Position numbers and translations under genes: made by a program. 64,000 nt of DNA from Okamejei kenojei (taxonomy: Eukaryota), in the NCBI GenBank assembly GCA_035221665.1, contig CM069174.1, positions 2,480,001-2,544,000 on the forward strand. The letters are read 5' to 3'. Below, in pieces: positions 1 to 64,000 of the stretch (position 1 is its first letter; every line of letters starts with the position of its first letter). The notes under the pieces were generated by a model. That model searched no databases. It was not told the DNA's origin and worked only from the letters and a program-made list of their open reading frames with translations.

Positions 1-203
1 CGACCAGACAGGCTTCACACCGCGACACAGCGCCGGCGTGTCGCCTGTATGGTCGCGGGTAGTCTCCTCAGTCGCCCAAAGAGTCGTAGCATCTTTCTGT
101 TCGCCGCTGGATTTTCAACATGTTAATAATTTTCGGAGACCTGCAACGACCTATGACGGGTGCCGGCAGTCGCCGAAAAAGTTGCGTAAGTGCGACAGGC
201 CTA
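1..203. mobile_element. Harbinger-type non-autonomous element, right end (runs off window start)
   Basis: CpG-rich; ends AAGTGCGACAGGCCTA then TTA; last ~45 bp nearly identical to 32773-32817. Confidence 0.65.
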
Positions 204-639
204 TTACTGTTACAGGATTACCGCTTTTATTCTAAATAAAACAAACCCCTTCTTCTGTTCTGCCCCCACAAAGTGCTTCATCTTCAGTTTCCTAATCGCT
301 GTTTTGTGTAGTGAGAGTGCCAGTTTCCACCAAGTCAAGGACTGTTTTGCACACTAGGCTCACAAACAAAGAATTAGATTGGAACTACCACAAGTATATA
401 TCACATCAGGCCCAACACAGAGTGCAGATTTTTGTAGCCAGATCTTTCCAAATAATATAAGGCAAATCCATTAGATTAGCTGCCCCCCCCCCCCCCCCCC
501 GAGCAATGGGCTGAGACATTGTGACGTTGTCGAGATATTATGCACGTGGACCTCAGATTTAGTTCACTAGGATGTTCCTGCAAAAGGTGATGAAGCGAAA
601 CCACATAGCTAATTCAAGCTTTTTTTTTTACTTCAACAG

Positions 640-63482
<62,843 letters not shown>

Positions 63483-64000
63483 GTAAGTTCCTTAAGAAAT
63501 CATTGATGATAAGAAATTAAGAATACGAGTCATCTTTAGCTTTAACTCACCCTCACGTGGAAAAAAAATCCTGTCCACTAGCAGTTGCAGCAAGTGTTCA
63601 ATAAATAGTTTGCCGCAAACCTTAACGATAATAGTCTAATTGTCGCAAACCACAACTCTCTTTGACCACCTCAAATGCAACCACCTTTCTTACTGTCATT
63701 ATTCAGTCTGTGCTAAAGTCACCCACTGGTTCAGTTAATTTACTGGCCGAGTATCTTAATAGCATCAACCAATAAGCGACAAATACAATCCCGAAATATG
63801 TGTGAATGCACCCAATCTCAGCGCAAGTATCGGTACCAGCACTTATACCTTTTGATGAGCAAGGGGAAAAAGTACTTGAAACTCATCTTATTCAAATCTA
63901 TCTCAACTCCAGTCTTTAGTTCAGGTCCTATTTAATCAAAAGACTTGCTGAACTCCATTCATAGTTCCAAGGAGATCTGCCCGTAACTCTAGATTTTCTC

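Overview
Eukaryotic genomic DNA, very probably from a cartilaginous fish (skate/ray-like, inferred from the SINE/CR1 repertoire). The window holds 45 consecutive + strand exons of a type II procollagen gene (col2a1), equal to exons 8-52 in human 54-exon numbering. They cover the N-telopeptide, an uninterrupted 1014-aa Gly-X-Y helix (3042 nt), the C-telopeptide and the first part of the C-propeptide. All introns are GT-AG; both gene ends lie outside the window. Introns are filled with CR1, L2, Rex/Babar, RTE-X and Penelope fragments, tRNA-derived SINEs, Harbinger-type MITE ends and several decayed minisatellites. Most notable non-collagen signals: (1) a decayed two-gene PIF/Harbinger transposon in intron 43 (spliced Myb/SANT gene on +, convergent HARBI1-like transposase on -), whose leftover splice sites are sense to col2a1; (2) fold-back elements carrying a minimal hammerhead-ribozyme core at the hairpin apex. 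Exon coordinates were checked base by base. Repeat boundaries are approximate, and family names and human comparisons come from recall, not a database search.
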